DNA from: Candidatus Bathyarchaeota archaeon
Lineage (GTDB): Archaea; Thermoproteota; Bathyarchaeia; 40CM-2-53-6; DTDX01
Reading direction: 5' to 3'
Assembly (NCBI GenBank): GCA_018396775.1
Contig: JAGTRF010000006.1
Span: 17,368-81,367, forward strand
DNA: 64,000 nt
Below the pieces are notes generated by a model that saw nothing but the letters and a program-made list of their open reading frames with translations, was not told the DNA's origin and ran no database searches. Shown here piece by piece: positions 47,687 through 58,243 of this stretch; the stretch's first letter is position 1; each line of letters starts with the position of its first letter. A program made the translations under genes and the position numbers.

Positions 47687-49003
47687 TTATCTGCTTCTCT
47701 CTACTTCTGTTAAAACTTCATCTAGAATATCCATAGCTTTATCGCATTGTTCACCAGTTACAACAAGCGGAGGCTTAATCTTAAGTATATTACCAACTCC
47801 AGCTTTATTAGATAAGCCGAATAAAACACCTTTCTCTAAGCATTTCGAGAATACTTGAATTGCCTCATCTGTTGCAGGTTCTTTCGTTCTCTTATCCTTA
47901 ACAAGCTCCACACCTATAAATAGTCCCGGACCTCTAACTTCACCTATTAATTTATGTTTTTTCTCCATCTCTTTAAGCCTTTTAGTCATTCTTTCTCCTT
48001 GTTTAGCAGCGTTTTCCCAAAGCCTTTCCTCCAATAACACGTCTATAGCAGCAGCTCCAGCAGCGCATTCTATCGGACCACCTCCCATAGTGAATATATG
48101 CCATTGCGCTGTTGTTAATTCTTCTGGTATTAAATCATCTTTAATAACAGTTGCGGAGAGAGGCATTCCTCCGCCTAAAGCTTTAGCTGTAGTCATTATA
48201 TCTGGCTTAGCATTAAAGTAATCGCATCCCCAAATTTTTCCAGTACGACCCATTCCTGTTTGAACTTCATCAGCTATAAATAAAACATCATACTTATCGC
48301 AGGTCTCTCTAATTATCTTAAAATATTCTGGAGATGGGGGAAGCATATGGCCTCCATTACCTTGAACCGGTTCTAATATGAAAGCGGCTACATCTTTTGA
48401 TGAACCGCATTTTATTTGCCATTCTAGCATCCTAGCGCATTCAAAATCGCATTCAGGATATTCTTTTCCAAAGTAGCATCTATAACAATAAGCATTTGGT
48501 ATTTGATAAAAGCCAGGGAACCTGACAAGGCCTTCCCTATGCCATGATTGCCCAAGCAAACCGCATAAGGCCAAGGTTCCACCATGATATGCATAATATA
48601 CAGATATAACCTCTTTCTTTTTCTTAGCTATCATAGCAAACTTTAATGCTGTTTCATTTGCTTCAGATCCACCGCAAGAGAAATATATTTTGCAATTGTT
48701 CTTTAAGGGTTCTGGAGCTATACTTGCAAGTTTCTTAGCACACTCAACTCTTGGAACGTTAGTAAACATTGTTAATGTATGGGATACCTTTTCAAGAACA
48801 TCCTTCACCGCTTTAACATATTTAGGATGCGTATGACCTATTCCAAGTACTCCAGCTGTTTGAGAGAGAAAATCTAAGTATTCTTTACCTTTTATATCCT
48901 TAAAAATTGCTCCTTTAGCTTCGACTATAGTTATATCGGAGTATCCCCAACCATGAAGCACATACTTTTTATCCTCTTTTATAAGCTCTTCAACAGACAT
49001 CAA
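47687..49003 (-). CDS. Class III pyridoxal-phosphate aminotransferase
   Basis: AT-III fold pattern with an FIADEVQTGMGRTGK lysine region; 438 aa. Confidence 0.75.
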   Translation of the reverse strand: MMSVEELIKEDKKYVLHGWGYSDITIVEAKGAIFKDIKGKEYLDFLSQTAGVLGIGHTHPKYVKAVKDVLEKVSHTLTMFTNVPRVECAKKLASIAPEPLKNNCKIYFSCGGSEANETALKFAMIAKKKKEVISVYYAYHGGTLALCGLLGQSWHREGLVRFPGFYQIPNAYCYRCYFGKEYPECDFECARMLEWQIKCGSSKDVAAFILEPVQGNGGHMLPPSPEYFKIIRETCDKYDVLFIADEVQTGMGRTGKIWGCDYFNAKPDIMTTAKALGGGMPLSATVIKDDLIPEELTTAQWHIFTMGGGPIECAAGAAAIDVLLEERLWENAAKQGERMTKRLKEMEKKHKLIGEVRGPGLFIGVELVKDKRTKEPATDEAIQVFSKCLEKGVLFGLSNKAGVGNILKIKPPLVVTGEQCDKAMDILDEVLTEVERSR

Positions 49004-49231
49004 AACTTTTCACCACAATTTTGTTATATTATTTTAGATTAAGTATATATAATTTTCGGTTCAAAACGGCTTTTGCTTAATTTTCGGTTTATATATCATT
49101 ATATACCGGTAACATGCTATACAATAACATATGATGAGTCAATGATTATAATTATTTAGTAATAATTAACTTAAGCAATAGAAAAGTTTTTATATTAAAA
49201 TTAAGCGAAGTAATCACGGAGGTTAAAAATC

Positions 49232-50344
49232 TTGATTGTAGGAATACCAAAAGAGATTAAAAACCATGAGTATAGAGTTGGGATTACTCCTTCAGGAGTT
49301 AAAGAATTTATTAAAAATGGGCATGAAGTTTTAATTGAAAAAGGCGCTGGATTAGGGTCAGGGTTTAGCGATGAAGAATATAAAGCTGCTGGAGCAAAAA
49401 TAGTTAATTCTGCTAAGGAGCTATATTCAAAGGCTGAAATGATATATAAAGTAAAGGAGCCTCTTGAGCCTGAGTACGAGCTTCTAAGGGAAGGACAAAT
49501 AGTCTTCACTTACTTTCACTTCGCCTCTGATGAAAAATTGACTAAAGCTATGCTTGATAGAAAAATAATAGCTATAGCTTATGAAACTATTGAAACTGAA
49601 GATGGTAGATTACCCTTGCTTGAGCCGATGAGCGAAATTGCTGGTCAAATGGCATCCATCATTGGAGCTTACTACTCGATGAAGCCTCAAAAAGGAAGAG
49701 GTGTCCTGCCTGGTGGGATTCCAGGAGTACCGCCAGCTGAATTCGTTATTCTAGGTGGGGGAACTGTTGGATTTAATGCCGCTAAAATAGCTGCAGGAAT
49801 GGGCGCTCATGTAACTATATTGCAGCGAAGCGAAGCTAGAATGAGATACCTTAAGGATGTTTTACCGCCTAACGTAGACGTTGTAAAATTTAATAATGAA
49901 AATCTTCAAGAGTATCTTAAGAAGGCCGATGTAGTGATTGGTGGCGTTTTAGTTACAGGAGCTAAGGCACCAAAATTTGTTACTAGGGATATGCTTAAGC
50001 TTATGAAAAAAGGCGCAGTTATAGTTGATGTAGCAGTAGATCAAGGAGGAATTTTTGAAACTACTAAGCCAACATTTCATAGCGATCCAGTTTACGAAGT
50101 TGATGGAATTATTCATTACTGCGTTGCCAATATGCCTGGAGCTTATCCATTGACATCAACATTAGCTATAACCAGCATAACGCTTCCATACGCTTTGGAA
50201 ATAGCTAATAAAGGATGGAGGAAAGCGTTAAAGGAAAACCCGGTTTTAAGAAAAGGGTTAAACATGGTGTTTGGAAAAGTAACTCATAAAGGTGTAGCTG
50301 AAGCATTTAACCTTGAATATTACCCACCTGAGACAGCCCTTTAA
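49232..50344 (+). CDS. ald: Alanine dehydrogenase
   Basis: N-terminal IVGIPKEIKNHEYRVGITP and NAD Rossmann ILGGGTVGFNAAKIAAGMGA; TTG start with GGAGG RBS. Confidence 0.8.
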   Translation: MIVGIPKEIKNHEYRVGITPSGVKEFIKNGHEVLIEKGAGLGSGFSDEEYKAAGAKIVNSAKELYSKAEMIYKVKEPLEPEYELLREGQIVFTYFHFASDEKLTKAMLDRKIIAIAYETIETEDGRLPLLEPMSEIAGQMASIIGAYYSMKPQKGRGVLPGGIPGVPPAEFVILGGGTVGFNAAKIAAGMGAHVTILQRSEARMRYLKDVLPPNVDVVKFNNENLQEYLKKADVVIGGVLVTGAKAPKFVTRDMLKLMKKGAVIVDVAVDQGGIFETTKPTFHSDPVYEVDGIIHYCVANMPGAYPLTSTLAITSITLPYALEIANKGWRKALKENPVLRKGLNMVFGKVTHKGVAEAFNLEYYPPETAL

Positions 50345-50433
50345 TCCTACTATTTTTATAAAATTTAATCTAATCTCTTATTTTTTATACTCTTTTTCTG
50401 TTCTATCCAAAAGAAAAAGAAAGGGTTAAGAAG

Positions 50434-51549
50434 CTAACTTTTCGTTTTTCTTTCTTTACCTATAGAGTCTGCAACTAAAATTGCGTCTCGAACCATTTCA
50501 GGCGTTATAGAAAATGGCATATTTCCCATAGTATCTTTTGGATCGCAGGCTTTTTCCGCTGCCTTCATTAAATCCTCTTTCTTCACTCCTATTAAACCAA
50601 GCTCATCAAGTGTAGTAGGTAACCCAACTTTAGTGCACCAGTCTACTATGGGATAAATTTCTCCAGGCGTTCTGCATTCTAACACTAATTGAGCTATGGT
50701 TCCAAATGCTACTATTTCGCCATGCTCTGCATGAAGCCCAGGAAGAATTGTTAAGCCATTATGGATTGCATGAGCTGCAGCTAAACCGTTTACCTCCCAG
50801 CCTACACCGCTTAATAGCTTTATCGATTCAATTATTTTTTCTACAGCCGGGGTCACAGCTCCTATTTCCATCGCTCTTTTTGCAAGCAACCCATACTTCA
50901 TAAGATTTTCAAAACATGCGTAAGCTAAGGCTAATCCCGCATCTGTTGCTAATCCCCCTAAAAAGCTTGGTGAGCTTGATGCTTTACAAGCTTCAGCTTC
51001 AAATTTGCAAGCTAAAGCGTCTCCCATTCCTTGAACCAAAAATTTAGCGGGGCATCTGCCTACTATATTTGTGTCTACAAGCACAAGCTCAGGATGCTTG
51101 GGGTAAACAAGGTATTCAACAAATTCATGCTTTTCTGTATAAACTACGGAAAGAGCGCTTGCATCCGCATTTGTAGCGCATTGAGTTGGAACCATCGCTA
51201 TTGGAAGAGCCCCCATTTTCCATGCCACAGCTTTAGCTGTATCAACAGCTTTTCCTCCCCCCACTCCAATAATTACGTCAGCTCCTTTATCTTTTCCCTC
51301 TTTTGATAATCTATTTATAGCTTCATGAGTGCATTCTTTAACAGTTTTATCTACACCAATAATTTCAACCCCATTTTCCTTTAAGCTTTTTTTCATAAGC
51401 TCTTCAGTAAGCGAGATAGCTGTTGGACCACCCATTATAAAGGCTTTTTTACCTAAATCTTTAACATGTTTTCCAAGCTCATTAATAGCCCCTAAACCTT
51501 GGACATATTTACTTGGGGTTGCAAAAATTTTAGTTAAAACTTTAACCAT
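50434..51549 (-). CDS. gldA: Iron-containing alcohol dehydrogenase superfamily, glycerol dehydrogenase (GldA)-like
   Basis: GGGKAVDTAK NAD-binding motif and His-rich metal site (HAIHNG...HGE). Start set at MVKVLTK. Confidence 0.6.
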   Translation of the reverse strand: MVKVLTKIFATPSKYVQGLGAINELGKHVKDLGKKAFIMGGPTAISLTEELMKKSLKENGVEIIGVDKTVKECTHEAINRLSKEGKDKGADVIIGVGGGKAVDTAKAVAWKMGALPIAMVPTQCATNADASALSVVYTEKHEFVEYLVYPKHPELVLVDTNIVGRCPAKFLVQGMGDALACKFEAEACKASSSPSFLGGLATDAGLALAYACFENLMKYGLLAKRAMEIGAVTPAVEKIIESIKLLSGVGWEVNGLAAAHAIHNGLTILPGLHAEHGEIVAFGTIAQLVLECRTPGEIYPIVDWCTKVGLPTTLDELGLIGVKKEDLMKAAEKACDPKDTMGNMPFSITPEMVRDAILVADSIGKERKTKS

Positions 51550-51752
51550 ATAACAGGTCCCTCCATAAAAATAATAGATTTTTATAAATTTAAAGTTTTT
51601 GAAGTAGTTGGGCTTGCAAAAAATCAATTTTTGGCTAGAAAGGTAAAATATAAGCTATTAATTAATTGATTTGCTTAGTTAAACAATAAATATTTATAAA
51701 AATGGCTAGAGGAAGCCCCTACAAGCCTAAAGCGACTATTAATTGTGTAGTT

Positions 51753-52700
51753 TTAACCTTGAGTGAAAACAAAGTTTTTTACACCTTTATCCGTCAACTC
51801 TATTAAGGCGCCTCGAAGAATCCCTTCTCCATATTCGCTTCCAGGGTTAAGAATTAAAGTTTTTCCAATATACTGACTTGCTTTTGATTCATGAATATGC
51901 CCATGAAGCCCTAATAAAGGTTGATGCTTTTCGATAGCATTTCGAATAGTTTTTGATCCAACTGGAATCATTTTAAATCCTCCTGAGCCATCAAGCTTTG
52001 GTGTAAGATTTTCATCAAGTTCTGGAGCTTTATCTAAATGCGTATCATAAGGTGGACAGTGAAAGTTAAAAATGCAATTTTTCATATTCTTAACCTGAGA
52101 AACCATTCCTTCTATTATTTCTGAAAGTTTTTCTTCCGGGACATCTCTAGGACACTTCCAAGGAGTGATATTAGCATGACCGCTACTAATCATTTCATGA
52201 TGCGCATCTATCTCTAAAACTTTTCCTTCAGGATTTATTATTACATCAGATTTTTCTAAAATTGAATCTATTAAATATCGATCGTCATTTCCTGGTTGAA
52301 TATAACAAGCAATATTTTGACCTTTTAATCTTTCTTCAGCTAATTGAACCCATTTTTCAACTCTTTCCAACATTAATTGATCAAATAACTTCTCAACCTT
52401 TGATTTATCAGCTGTAAACTCCTCCATTTCTTTTTTACTCATTCTGTAAGGATAATATCCAGAATCTTCTATTTTTTTCTCTATTAATTGAATTTCCTCA
52501 TCGGTTCTAGCTATATAAGTAGTGCCAAATTGTTTGCCTATATAAGAACCGTCGTCTTGTTCAACAAGCGGAATAACCATTTTACCGGTTATATCTCCAC
52601 CAAGAATTATTATATTTGCTTTATAGAATTTTCCAGCATTTAAAAATTTTTTAAAACATACTGTTGATCCATGAACGTCTGTTGTATAGAAAATTCTCAA
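51753..52700 (-). CDS. Calcineurin-like metallophosphoesterase
   Basis: MRIFYTTDVHGS, GGDITG, GNDD and GHIH motifs. Confidence 0.7.
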   Translation of the reverse strand: MRIFYTTDVHGSTVCFKKFLNAGKFYKANIIILGGDITGKMVIPLVEQDDGSYIGKQFGTTYIARTDEEIQLIEKKIEDSGYYPYRMSKKEMEEFTADKSKVEKLFDQLMLERVEKWVQLAEERLKGQNIACYIQPGNDDRYLIDSILEKSDVIINPEGKVLEIDAHHEMISSGHANITPWKCPRDVPEEKLSEIIEGMVSQVKNMKNCIFNFHCPPYDTHLDKAPELDENLTPKLDGSGGFKMIPVGSKTIRNAIEKHQPLLGLHGHIHESKASQYIGKTLILNPGSEYGEGILRGALIELTDKGVKNFVFTQG

Positions 52701-52935
52701 TTTTATTTTTCCTCCTTTTAATTTTTATAAGTTTCTAGACTTATATAAACTTTTGTTAACCTTATTTCATTTATTTATGAATGTTCTTAATTAAACGTTC
52801 CTCTTAAGAATGAATTTTAACTCTTTTTTATCATGAAGTTAGAGAGAAAATGTAAGCTTCATTACACGAGTTTTTTAAAAGATGCCTAAAACTAAACCTG
52901 TCAAAAATTTTAAAAAAAATAAAAAATAAAGTAGT

Positions 52936-54564
52936 TTAATCAGGTGGGATTTCTTTGAATTGCAACTCCATTGGGATGCCCTTTCTAATATGGTAATACT
53001 TAGATATATAGTATATTATGAATGGAGGAAGTATAAAGAAGCCTATAGTAATCCAAATGTATAACGAGCTAATTAATCCTTGGAAGAATGGCACAAGCAT
53101 ATAATAGTCTAATAAAGCTCCTACGAGGAAGCAAAGCACACCCCAAATCGTTATTATTGGAACTTTGCCAATTCTCTTTTTTACAATATCAGGTGATTTT
53201 TCGAATATGGCTCTCCCTCTTGAAACAAAATAGAATACTATTCCAAAGACGCCTACTAATGCCCAAGCGAAGAACCAAGCTAATATAGAGTAAGCTATCC
53301 ACATAGGTTGAAATATTTGAAGTATAAAGAAGCCTTCAGCTATTATAGCGCCTAATAACACAGCTGCCCATGGAGAACCACGCTTATCGACTTTAGCGAA
53401 GAATGTTGGAATAACTCTATCAAATGCCCATGCAAATATATTTCTAACAGGACCAAAGGCCATACCCATGCAGCTAGCATAAGTGCAAAGGAAGAAGCCT
53501 ATCGATGATATAACTGCATATGCTACATTTGGATTCAAGTAAACAAGCATGAAGTTTGGCATAGGCATTACGCTACCAAAAGGCCAACCTTCCCATGTTC
53601 CTGCGCCAGCTCCACCAGGCGCGAAATAAGCTGCTGCAGCCCAAAAATCACCACTAAACCCTATATAAGCTATATTATAGAAAATAGCCCAGTAAGTCAT
53701 AAAAAGTATAAGCGCTCCTAACATAGCAATTATAGCTGATTTTCTAACTTCTTTCACCTCGCCCATAATGTTTGCTGTATATGTGGAGCCAAGTGTGTTT
53801 AAAGCCACATAAGTTATTCCAGCTCCCAAAGTTACTGCTGGAATATAAACTCCAACTGGCCATTCTCCAGCTTTAGCCGCTTCGAGTACAGCTTCGTAAG
53901 TTGTTCCTGATAAGGCATTAAATCTTTCAACAAATGCTGAAAAGCCTCCACCTGTTAAAACACCAACATCAAAGGCTATATGACCCATCGTTGCTGTGAT
54001 AACTCCTATCCAAGAAAGGATCATAGCTGCTCTCGCCCCTCTCCACATAATAATGAAGAAAGATATTATCAATATAGTTCCTAAAACTATTGTTGGGCCT
54101 GGTTGATCTAAGAAGTCGGCAAGCTTCCAAAGCGAGTGGTTTGCTGCAAGTGGACCAAGCTCAGAAACAGCTATGGATCTAAACGCCATGTTAAGACCCC
54201 ACCATATAGCCCAGCCTGTACAGGTGCCAGCCCATGAGATTCCAACCATGCTTAAACCCCAGCAAGCACAAAAACCCCAAGCAGGCGAAATAGTTCTGCT
54301 TCCCCATATATATTCTCCACCTGAACGAGGCATCGCTATTGAAAACCATATGTAAAGCAAAGCTGGGAAGAACATAAGGCCAACTCCTGGAAAAGCTGTC
54401 CAACGCATATCAACTCCTGGATAAAGCTGATGTGTCCATATGATATATAGGAAGCAATACATTATTCCTGGATTCATAAAGGCGTAAGCTAAGGCATCCC
54501 AAGGACCTATAACTCTAGTAAGCCCAGAAGCTCTTCTAATAAATACTTCTTCCGGCTTAGCCAT
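52936..54564 (-). CDS. APC-superfamily amino acid/polyamine permease (paralogue A)
   Basis: 12-14 TM, APC-like; N-terminus MAKPEEVFIRRASGL identical to paralogue B. Confidence 0.65.
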   Translation of the reverse strand: MAKPEEVFIRRASGLTRVIGPWDALAYAFMNPGIMYCFLYIIWTHQLYPGVDMRWTAFPGVGLMFFPALLYIWFSIAMPRSGGEYIWGSRTISPAWGFCACWGLSMVGISWAGTCTGWAIWWGLNMAFRSIAVSELGPLAANHSLWKLADFLDQPGPTIVLGTILIISFFIIMWRGARAAMILSWIGVITATMGHIAFDVGVLTGGGFSAFVERFNALSGTTYEAVLEAAKAGEWPVGVYIPAVTLGAGITYVALNTLGSTYTANIMGEVKEVRKSAIIAMLGALILFMTYWAIFYNIAYIGFSGDFWAAAAYFAPGGAGAGTWEGWPFGSVMPMPNFMLVYLNPNVAYAVISSIGFFLCTYASCMGMAFGPVRNIFAWAFDRVIPTFFAKVDKRGSPWAAVLLGAIIAEGFFILQIFQPMWIAYSILAWFFAWALVGVFGIVFYFVSRGRAIFEKSPDIVKKRIGKVPIITIWGVLCFLVGALLDYYMLVPFFQGLISSLYIWITIGFFILPPFIIYYISKYYHIRKGIPMELQFKEIPPD

Positions 54565-54651
54565 TTTATTTATACCTCTTGGAAAGCAATTAAATATTTT
54601 AAAGAAGTAAAGTATTTAAGCTTTTGGGTATAGGCATTAAATATTACCAAG
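54524..54651. repeat. 128-bp near-identical repeat (copy A): first ~18 codons plus 5' leader/promoter of APC permease
   Basis: 1 mismatch versus 57950-58077, by direct comparison. Confidence 0.85.
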
Positions 54652-55050
54652 ATAAGGTTTTTATCAGCCTTCTGAATAATTGGCAATCAAGACGTGAAGA
54701 TTTAAGAGGCTTTTGGAGGATATTAAAATAAGGCTTCACTTGAAAATAAGGTTGGGCTATAATCCTTTACTTGGCTGGTTTAAGCTTAAGGATTATGGCT
54801 CAATTAAGAATAGCATTAATACTTTAGAACACTTCTTAAAGAATTGCTGAAAGCTTATTAACCGTAAACGCCATGGCTAAAATATTAGCTTATGATAATA
54901 ACCCATTTTAATTAATGAATCGATTTTTATATGATTGGATTGTAAAGTTTATATACCATTATTTTTAAGCAAGTTTATCCAATAAACTTAAATATTAAAA
55001 AAATACAAATTAGCATGGTTAAAATTTGAATCTTTTAAAGGTGAATTAAA

Positions 55051-55854
55051 TTGTCTTCAACCGGAGTATTTGATTTTGCAGCTGAAGCTGCTAAAATAGT
55101 TGAAGAGGCTAATAAAGCAGGTATAATCTTAAGAATTATGGGGGCTACCGCAATTAGAATTCATTGTTCAAATAATGTGCCGCTTCATAAAGCTTTAGGA
55201 AGAGAATTAACCGATATAGATTTTGTAGCTTACAGCAAGCAAAGAGAGAAGATAGAAAACCTTTTCACTCAAGCACTTAAATATGATATGGTAAAAGCAG
55301 CTTTAACTCCAGGGCTATTTGTTAATAGATGCATATTTTTTGATAAAGAAGAAAAAAGGCCGCATATAGATGTATTTCTTGATAAGCTTGAAATGAATCA
55401 TATTATTGAGTTTAAAGATAGGCTTGAGAAAGATTATCCAACAATTCCATTAGCTGAGCTTCTTCTTGAAAAAGTGCAAATAGTTAAAATAAATGAAAAA
55501 GACATTAAGGATGTAATGGTGTTATTGCTTGAACATGAAGTTGGAGAAGGAGATAAAGAAGTGATAAATGCAGAATATATTGCAAAGATTTTATCTAAAG
55601 ATTGGGGTTTCTATTATACCGTGACTCTTAATTTAAATAAGGTTAAAGCATTTTTAGAAAAGTATGAAGTTATAACAGATGAGCAAAGAAAGATTATAGA
55701 AGCAAAAATAAATAAGCTTTTAGAAGTTATTGAAAAAGAACCTAAAACTTTAGGGTGGAAGCTAAGAGCTAAGGTTGGACCCACTAAAAAATGGTATAAT
55801 GAAGTTGAGGAAGTTGAAAGAGCAGAACATTTAAAAAAACTTTCTCCAAAGTAA
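55051..55854 (+). CDS. Hypothetical protein with minimal nucleotidyltransferase (Pol-beta superfamily)-like N-terminal motif
   Basis: G[AS]...x10-13...DxD pattern: IMGATAIRIHCSNNVPLHKALGRELTDIDFVAY. TTG start. Confidence 0.35.
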   Translation: MSSTGVFDFAAEAAKIVEEANKAGIILRIMGATAIRIHCSNNVPLHKALGRELTDIDFVAYSKQREKIENLFTQALKYDMVKAALTPGLFVNRCIFFDKEEKRPHIDVFLDKLEMNHIIEFKDRLEKDYPTIPLAELLLEKVQIVKINEKDIKDVMVLLLEHEVGEGDKEVINAEYIAKILSKDWGFYYTVTLNLNKVKAFLEKYEVITDEQRKIIEAKINKLLEVIEKEPKTLGWKLRAKVGPTKKWYNEVEEVERAEHLKKLSPK

Positions 55855-55872
55855 AAATTGTTTAAATTAGTT

Positions 55873-56157
55873 TTATCCACCGAATACTGCTGGAACCAAG
55901 CTGATTATATCTCCATCAGCAAGTTGAGTCTCCAGCTTATTAATGAAGTCTATATTTCTTCCATTTACCAACATTATTATAGTAGGTTTTAATTTCCCTG
56001 AAGAATTCAATAACGCTTCTTTAAATTCTTCATTAAAATTTTTAGAAATTATGAAAAGCAAGTCCCTTACCTTACTTCCTTTAGGCATACTCAATTCGAT
56101 TTCGCTTTTGTTAGCCTTAGCTTTAAGATCTCCATAAAGCTTTAATTTTACCTTCAT
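55873..56157 (-). CDS. MoaD/ThiS-family ubiquitin-like sulfur carrier (SAMP-like), C-terminal GG
   Basis: 94 aa beta-grasp-like, ends ...LVPAVFGG. Confidence 0.65.
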   Translation of the reverse strand: MKVKLKLYGDLKAKANKSEIELSMPKGSKVRDLLFIISKNFNEEFKEALLNSSGKLKPTIIMLVNGRNIDFINKLETQLADGDIISLVPAVFGG

Positions 56158-56373
56158 AAAAGTTCACCATGAAACCTTTAAATTCATAATTTAAAATAAA
56201 GTTAAAGATAAGATTTTCGATATTGAATTTAAAAGCGAGATTCTCTAGATGCTTAAAGAGGTTAAGCGGTAAGCGATGTAAATTAATAGGAACTTTTGAA
56301 AATCTAAAGCGAATTATAAAGGCTTTATCCATTTATAAATCCTATTAAAATAAAAAATGAGTGGATTTATTTT

Positions 56374-57990
56374 TTAGTCTGGCGGTATCTCTTTAAATCT
56401 TAATTCTACAGGAACGCCCTTCCTCTTTTCACGCCACATGTATATCGAACAGATTATTACAGGTATCGCCCAAACAACTGCTATCGTGCTTCCTAAGTAT
56501 TTTAACTGAAGCCCTGCAGCCACCCCTGTTAAAGCTGGATAAAGCACGAAATAAACTACCATAGCACTTATTACCGTAGTTACAAGACCTAATATTGCTG
56601 TTACTGGAATTCCGCCTATTCTCTTCTTAACTACTGATGGCGAAGATTCATAAACTCTTTTTTGCCTTATATGGAAAAGCATTCCAGCTATGCCGAGAAG
56701 CACCCAACTCAGGAACCATAAACCTATTGTATGCGCGATATAAGCTAGCCAAGGTGTAAAGGAATTTATGGTATGAATTATTGCAGCTATGATGAAACCG
56801 AGAAATGCAGCTCCATAGGCTCTTCCTTTCTTATCTACATCACAAACCCATTTTGGTAATAAACCATCAAAAGCGTATGCGAATAAGTTTCTAGTCGGAG
56901 CAAAGCCAAGTCCCATTATGCCTCCAAAATTTATTATAAGAAAGCCTATTGGACCAGCTATATGCATTAAGGTTGGGTTATCTGTTAAGAAGAGAGTTAA
57001 ATAATAACATACTGGCGTGAATGGCAGTCCCCAAACTGTTTCATCTAAACCAGCTGCATTTATATAAGATATTGCTTCTATTAAATCTCTCCCAAGTCCA
57101 AAGTAAGTTGCATATGAGAACAATTCCCAATACACTATAAATAATGTTAAGGAACCAAGTTGCGCTAGCAACTGAGCTTTTTGAACTTCTTTAACTTCAC
57201 CAGCTATATTAGCTGCGTAGGTTGAGCCTAAAGTGCTAAGGTTATAATAAGTCATACCCGCCATCATAGTAGCGGCTAAAGACATTATTCCAGGAGACCA
57301 ACCAACAGATTTTGCCTGCTCCATAACATAGTTGTACTCTATTCCTTGAAGTCGAGCCATTCTTTCAGCTATCGCCTCAGGGGTAGCTGTAAGATTTATG
57401 TATATATATGCGCCTAACATTATCCAAGTAGCTATAGTAATAACCCATGAGGCTCTCATAACCCATTTGGTTCCTCTCCACCAAAAGAAAGCAGCAAGAG
57501 CTATTGTAGCTAAACCTATCAAGTATGGTATAGGTTGATTTACTGTAGCTAAACTTTTTCCAAGCTCTATTAAGCCAGGATTATTAGTTCTAAGTCCTTC
57601 CATAATAAATATGGAGCCCCAACCCCACCAATTCCCCCATACTGCTAAGCAACCCGACCACATTAATCCTCCTCCTAAAACCATTCCCCAAGAACCAAGC
57701 AAGCCTAGCATTGGATGAAGAATTCTGCTTGTGTAAATGTACTCTCCTCCAGATCTAGGCATAGCAGTAGATAAAAGCCAATATAAAGCAGCTATCGGGA
57801 AAAGTGTAAGAATAAATAGAGAGGCGATATACGGGCTGGCACCAGGATAAAGAGCTTGAGACCATATAATATAGTGGTATGCGTAAGGTATTGTTGGATT
57901 CATAAAAGCGTAAACAAGCAGGTCAGATGGGTTTACAACCCTCACTAATCCAGAAGCTCTTCTAATAAATACTTCTTCCGGCTTAGCCAT
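56374..57990 (-). CDS. APC-superfamily amino acid/polyamine permease (paralogue B)
   Basis: 538 aa; same architecture as 52936-54564, with identical first 15 residues. Confidence 0.65.
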   Translation of the reverse strand: MAKPEEVFIRRASGLVRVVNPSDLLVYAFMNPTIPYAYHYIIWSQALYPGASPYIASLFILTLFPIAALYWLLSTAMPRSGGEYIYTSRILHPMLGLLGSWGMVLGGGLMWSGCLAVWGNWWGWGSIFIMEGLRTNNPGLIELGKSLATVNQPIPYLIGLATIALAAFFWWRGTKWVMRASWVITIATWIMLGAYIYINLTATPEAIAERMARLQGIEYNYVMEQAKSVGWSPGIMSLAATMMAGMTYYNLSTLGSTYAANIAGEVKEVQKAQLLAQLGSLTLFIVYWELFSYATYFGLGRDLIEAISYINAAGLDETVWGLPFTPVCYYLTLFLTDNPTLMHIAGPIGFLIINFGGIMGLGFAPTRNLFAYAFDGLLPKWVCDVDKKGRAYGAAFLGFIIAAIIHTINSFTPWLAYIAHTIGLWFLSWVLLGIAGMLFHIRQKRVYESSPSVVKKRIGGIPVTAILGLVTTVISAMVVYFVLYPALTGVAAGLQLKYLGSTIAVVWAIPVIICSIYMWREKRKGVPVELRFKEIPPD

Positions 57991-58077
57991 TTTATTTATA
58001 CCTCTTGGAAAGCAATTAAATATTTTAAAGGAGTAAAGTATTTAAGCTTTTGGGTATAGGCATTAAATATTACCAAG
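57950..58077. repeat. 128-bp near-identical repeat (copy B)
   Basis: Matches 54524-54651 with 1 mismatch. Confidence 0.85.
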
Positions 58078-58243
58078 GTTTTTGTTGATCTTCTTCCAAA
58101 TTAAGAATAAGGGGCACTTTAACCTAAGAAATATTTTGCTTTAAATTCTAAATGCTGAGTTTTTAAGCAAACCCTATTATTTTACCGAAAATTTTAAAAA
58201 TCAAACAATAGTTAAAATAATACTTACAGTAGGTGAAAGAGTT

